Of a stretch of 32,533 nucleotides of DNA, positions 28,379 through 32,533 are shown piece by piece. Position numbers and translations under genes: made by a program. The notes beneath the pieces are model-generated. The model had not been told where the DNA came from. It ran no database searches and saw only the letters and a program-made list of their open reading frames with translations. The stretch is from NCBI GenBank assembly GCA_044351455.1, contig JBILFS010000001.1, forward strand, positions 1 to 32,533, in the 5' to 3' direction. Every line of letters begins with the position of its first letter. Position 1 is the stretch's first letter. This stretch comes from Paludibacter sp. (GTDB lineage Bacteria; Bacteroidota; Bacteroidia; Bacteroidales; Paludibacteraceae).

Positions 28379-30673
28379 ATGAAAAAAATCACCCGCGAAG
28401 ATGCATTGAAGTATCATGCACAGGGAAAACCCGGAAAAATTGAGGTAACACCCACAAAACCACACAGTTCACAACGCGATTTATCGCTGGCTTATTCTCC
28501 GGGTGTGGCGGAGCCTTGTCTTGAAATTGCAAAAGATCCGGGACTGGTTTACGATTATACCTCCAAGGGCAATCTGGTTGCCGTTATTTCAAACGGTACG
28601 GCGGTTCTCGGTTTGGGCGATATCGGTCCATTGGCCGGTAAACCGGTGATGGAAGGTAAAGGTCTGCTTTTCAAAATTTTCGCAGGAATTGATGTTTTTG
28701 ATATTGAAATCAACGAAAAAGATCCGGAGAAATTCGTTCAGATCGTCAAAGCCATTTCACCTACTTTCGGAGGTATCAATCTGGAAGATATTAAAGCACC
28801 GGAATGTTTCGAGATTGAAGAGCGACTCAAAGCTGAACTTGACATCCCTTTGATGCACGACGACCAGCATGGTACTGCCATCATTTCAGCAGCGGGGTTA
28901 ATTAACGCACTGGAATTGGTTGATAAAAAGATAGAAGAGGTACGCATCGTGATCAATGGTGCCGGAGCAGCTGCTAATTCCTGTGCACAGTTGTATCTGA
29001 TGCTGGGAGCACGACTTGAAAACCTGGTAATGGTTGATTCGAAAGGTGTAATATCAAAGAAACGCACCGATCTTAACAACCGAAAGATACCTTTTGCAAC
29101 CAGCAGAGAAATAACCACTCTGACAGAAGCAGTGAAAGACTCAGATGTTTTCATCGGATTATCAATAGCCGGATTATTATCCATCGAGATGGTGCGATCA
29201 ATGAATGTAAATCCAATCGTATTTGCACTTGCCAATCCAAATCCGGAAATTTCCTATGATGATGCCATGGCAGCAAGGAAAGACATCATTTTTGCCACCG
29301 GTCGGTCCGACCATCCGAATCAAATCAATAATGTATTGGGATTTCCTTATATTTTTCGCGGGGCGCTTGATGTGAGGGCAACCTGCATCAACGAAGCCAT
29401 GAAAGTAGCAGCAGTTCGAGCCCTGGCCGATCTGACCAAAAAACCCGTTCCGGATGTGGTTAATGCTGCCTACGAACTGAAAAAACTCAGTTTTGGCAGT
29501 GAATATATTATACCGAAACCATTAGATCCGCGCCTGCTTACCGTTGTGGCACCAGCGGTAGCCAAAGCCGCTATAGAATCCGGAATTGCGCGTAAAATCA
29601 TTACCGACTGGGATGCCTACGATTTAAAACTCAGGGAAATCATGGGAAGTGATAATAAGTTGATTCGCAGGTTTTATGAAATGGCACGACAAAATCCAAA
29701 AAGGGTTGTCTTCTCCGAATCTATCCATGTAAATATGATAAAAGCGGCTGAAGTAGCCTTGCAGGAAGGATTATGTCAACCCATATTGCTTGGGAATGAA
29801 GAAAAAATTGCCAGTATTGCAGCAGAAAATGACATTGATTTAACCGGTATTGAAATCATTAATCTCCGACACGACAGAGAAGAAGCCCGTCGTGCCAGAT
29901 TTGCCCGTATCCTCTCAGAAAAACGAAGTCGCGAGGGCATGACCTATGAAGAAGCATTTGAAAAAATGTACGAGCGCAATTATTTCGGCATGATGCTGGT
30001 TGAAACAGGCGAAGCAGATGCGCTGATAACAGGCGTTTATACCAAATATGCCGATTCAGTTCAGGCAGCAATCGATGTTATCGGCATCCGGAAAAACACC
30101 AGATATATGGCAGCCATGCACATCATGATTACCAAAAAAGGCACTTTCTTCCTGGCCGATACCCTGTTCAACAGGCACCCCAACACAGAAGCATTGGTCG
30201 ACATTGCCCGGTTAACACACGACACAGTACGATTTTTTGCCCATGAACCTGTGATGGCCATGCTTTCCTACTCCAATTTCGGCTCCGACAGAAGTGGTAG
30301 TCCGGCCAGTGTACATCAGGTGGTGGATATCCTGCACAAACAACATCCCGAAATGATGGTTGACGGTGAAATGCAGGTTACCTTCGCCATGAATAAAGCC
30401 CTGCGCGACAAGAAATTCCCATTCTCAAAAATTGCAGGGAAAGATGTGAACACCCTGATATTCCCCAACCTCAGTTCTGCCAACACTGCTTATAAAATGC
30501 TGATAGAAATGGGATTAGCTGAAACAATTGGTCCGATACAAATGGGACTTAACAAACCGGTACATATTCTTGATGTAGAAAGTTCTGTGCGCGATATTGT
30601 GAACATGACGGCCGTGGCTGTACTGGATGCGATTGTGCTGGAGCGGGTGAATGCGTACAAGGCGAAGAGTTAA
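28379..30673 (+). CDS. maeB: NADP-dependent malic enzyme with C-terminal phosphotransacetylase-like domain
   Basis: [47 protein letters not shown] and [10 protein letters not shown]. Confidence 0.96.
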   Translation: MKKITREDALKYHAQGKPGKIEVTPTKPHSSQRDLSLAYSPGVAEPCLEIAKDPGLVYDYTSKGNLVAVISNGTAVLGLGDIGPLAGKPVMEGKGLLFKIFAGIDVFDIEINEKDPEKFVQIVKAISPTFGGINLEDIKAPECFEIEERLKAELDIPLMHDDQHGTAIISAAGLINALELVDKKIEEVRIVINGAGAAANSCAQLYLMLGARLENLVMVDSKGVISKKRTDLNNRKIPFATSREITTLTEAVKDSDVFIGLSIAGLLSIEMVRSMNVNPIVFALANPNPEISYDDAMAARKDIIFATGRSDHPNQINNVLGFPYIFRGALDVRATCINEAMKVAAVRALADLTKKPVPDVVNAAYELKKLSFGSEYIIPKPLDPRLLTVVAPAVAKAAIESGIARKIITDWDAYDLKLREIMGSDNKLIRRFYEMARQNPKRVVFSESIHVNMIKAAEVALQEGLCQPILLGNEEKIASIAAENDIDLTGIEIINLRHDREEARRARFARILSEKRSREGMTYEEAFEKMYERNYFGMMLVETGEADALITGVYTKYADSVQAAIDVIGIRKNTRYMAAMHIMITKKGTFFLADTLFNRHPNTEALVDIARLTHDTVRFFAHEPVMAMLSYSNFGSDRSGSPASVHQVVDILHKQHPEMMVDGEMQVTFAMNKALRDKKFPFSKIAGKDVNTLIFPNLSSANTAYKMLIEMGLAETIGPIQMGLNKPVHILDVESSVRDIVNMTAVAVLDAIVLERVNAYKAKS

Positions 30674-30677
30674 AATT

Positions 30678-31580
30678 TCAGATTTCTATCTCCCCCAGCG
30701 CCTCTTCAATCTTTTTCCGGTGTTCCTCATCAAATTTATTGAAAGGTGCTGCCAGGAAATCGTTGCAGATGCCCAGAATATTGAGCGCACATTTTACGCC
30801 TTTCAGGTAGCTTGAACCGTAATTACCTACCGTGTAGATGGTTGCGCTTATCTGCATCACTTTGGCATGCAAGGCTCTGACTTTGACCAGATCGCCTGCA
30901 AAAGCTGCATTGTATAGTTCAACATACAGTTTCGGGAACATGTTCGCTCCACCGTTCACACCTCCGTGGGCTCCCATCAGCACCGATTCGGCCATCATTT
31001 CTTCGGGTCCCACAAACAGTGAGAATTCGGGTCGGTCGCGAAAAGCATGCATCACCGACTGAAAATAGGCGCCACTCGCCGAACTATCCTTGAAGCCAAT
31101 TACCTTCGGATTTTCGGCAATCCTGCGAATGGTTTGCGGCGCAAAAGATACCTTCGTATGGGTGGGCATGTTGTAAAGAAAAACAGGTAGCGACAACTGC
31201 GGAATGAGGTGCTCGTAAAACTCAGCAAGTTCGGGTTGTCCGGTGGCAAAATAATACGGTGGTGCTGAAACAACCGCATCTGCACCCTGATCTTTGGCTA
31301 AACCGGCCAAAGCCACGCTGTCAACCAAAGATGTATCAGAAATACCCACCAATAGCGGCAATCTGTTTTTCAGCAACTTAGCCGTCTGTTTTATCATCTC
31401 GTAACGCAACTCAAAACTCAGACTCTGCGCTTCTCCGGTTGTGCCCAGGATGAAAATTCCGTGCACACCACCGGCAATCACATGTTCAATCAATCGCTCC
31501 AAACCTGCAATATCCAGCGAATTATTGTCGTTGAGCGGCGTAACCAATGGAGGCACTATCCCCCTTAAAACTTTTTCCAT
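30678..31580 (-). CDS. Dihydrodipicolinate synthase/N-acetylneuraminate lyase family protein (likely sugar-acid aldolase/dehydratase)
   Basis: GTTGE, LYNMP and Schiff-base lysine GFKDSS; follows a glycosidase gene. Confidence 0.88.
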   Translation of the reverse strand: MEKVLRGIVPPLVTPLNDNNSLDIAGLERLIEHVIAGGVHGIFILGTTGEAQSLSFELRYEMIKQTAKLLKNRLPLLVGISDTSLVDSVALAGLAKDQGADAVVSAPPYYFATGQPELAEFYEHLIPQLSLPVFLYNMPTHTKVSFAPQTIRRIAENPKVIGFKDSSASGAYFQSVMHAFRDRPEFSLFVGPEEMMAESVLMGAHGGVNGGANMFPKLYVELYNAAFAGDLVKVRALHAKVMQISATIYTVGNYGSSYLKGVKCALNILGICNDFLAAPFNKFDEEHRKKIEEALGEIEI

Positions 31581-31597
31581 TTTAATATAATTTTAAT

Positions 31598-31773
31598 TTT
31601 AACCACATAAGACACATAAGTCACATAAGTTTTGAACTTAAACCCTTTGAAACTATTTTAACAAAATTAAATTTCACTTCGACATTATTTATATCACTAA
31701 ACCTGAAAACTAATCACATTTTATACTTACCGTACAAAAAACTTATGTGACTTATGTGTCTTATGTGGTTCAA
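31598..31773. repeat. Dispersed inverted-repeat element, copy 2 (MITE/REPIN-like)
   Basis: TTTAAC CACATAAGA CACATAAGT CACATAAGT TTT ... AAA ACTTATGTG ACTTATGTG TCTTATGTG GTTCAA; arms 35/36 complementary. Confidence 0.92.
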
Positions 31774-31779
31774 TATTTA

Positions 31780-32533
31780 TTACATTTTCCTCAGCCGCAG
31801 ATGCAATTCCTTCACCCCCGGCATAATCGTATATTTCTTCAAAACACCCGGTCCGCAACTGCTGTTTCCCAGTCCCATCACGGCAGCATCAATATTCAGG
31901 ATTACTTCCGGACGGGCCACTAATTCGTCATGATGGGTAGCCCTATACAAATCCTGCGTGGTAAAATGCATGGCAGAAGCAGAGAACGGTTTACTTAATG
32001 ATTCAATCTGAACACCTTTCCCCTTTGCGTTTGTCAGCCTGATGATCTGCACATTTTCCCTGTTGCCGGTATCCTGTGGACGCGGATAAGGCACAGTTTG
32101 CTCACTTACGGTCGAATTCCACCAACCTGTATAAGCAGATTGTATCCGGTCGGGATAATTCTCATGCGGACCAGCTCCGTAATAGCTGAAATTACTAAAA
32201 TCGCTATTGAATGCCATTGAAACACCCATCCGGGGTAAATCAGGCAATTTTCCTTCCGGCAAGAAAGAAATTTTCACATCCATCACTCCGGATGAAAAAA
32301 CACAATATTCCAGGGATGTTAGGATGCTTCCGTTTAGAAAACGACTCGTTTTACTTGTTTTCAAAATCAATGCCCCATCACTTCTGAAATGATATTGAAG
32401 TGGTTCGGCAACAATATTGATGGTATCAAGCAGGTTCGATTTCCAGTCTTTCGCCAGCCAGTTACCAAATCCCTTATCGTTGTCGGTTGGCGCCCTGAAA
32501 AATTGTGGAAGCGGACAAACACCTGCTGTTGCG
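31780..32533 (-). CDS. GH2 beta-galactosidase, C-terminal (small chain) domain; 5'-truncated by the window edge
   Basis: The frame is open to the window end and contains FRAPTDND, LPRMG, YYGAGPHENYPDR, YPRPQDTGNR and GLGNSSCGP. Confidence 0.9.
   Translation of the reverse strand, partial: ATAGVCPLPQFFRAPTDNDKGFGNWLAKDWKSNLLDTINIVAEPLQYHFRSDGALILKTSKTSRFLNGSILTSLEYCVFSSGVMDVKISFLPEGKLPDLPRMGVSMAFNSDFSNFSYYGAGPHENYPDRIQSAYTGWWNSTVSEQTVPYPRPQDTGNRENVQIIRLTNAKGKGVQIESLSKPFSASAMHFTTQDLYRATHHDELVARPEVILNIDAAVMGLGNSSCGPGVLKKYTIMPGVKELHLRLRKM

Overview
AT-rich Bacteroidales chromosome segment (Paludibacter-like by gene content and TAnnTTTG promoters; taxonomy is inferred). It holds two SusC/SusD uptake loci with lipoproteins and no adjacent CAZymes. 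The first susD is broken by what looks like a small microhomology-bounded deletion. The rest is a C_GCAxxG_C_C protein, succinate/acetyl-CoA transferase, pepD-hybrid kinase-rluA, rpoN-membrane protein-prfB (with the canonical +1 programmed frameshift), a split 5'-nucleotidase, a FISUMP-CotH fusion, ybaN, maeB, a DHDPS-family gene and the 3' end of a GH2 beta-galactosidase. The most notable unexplained signal is a dispersed non-coding element present twice (21058-21206 and 31598-31773). Each copy has 33-36 bp terminal inverted repeats built from three tandem 9-mers (CACATAAGT) behind a TT(G/T)AAC tip. The arms enclose unrelated AT-rich spacers, the two ends are distinguishable, and each copy sits 5-6 bp downstream of a stop codon. 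This suggests a non-autonomous mobile or structured-RNA family whose partner enzyme is not in the window.
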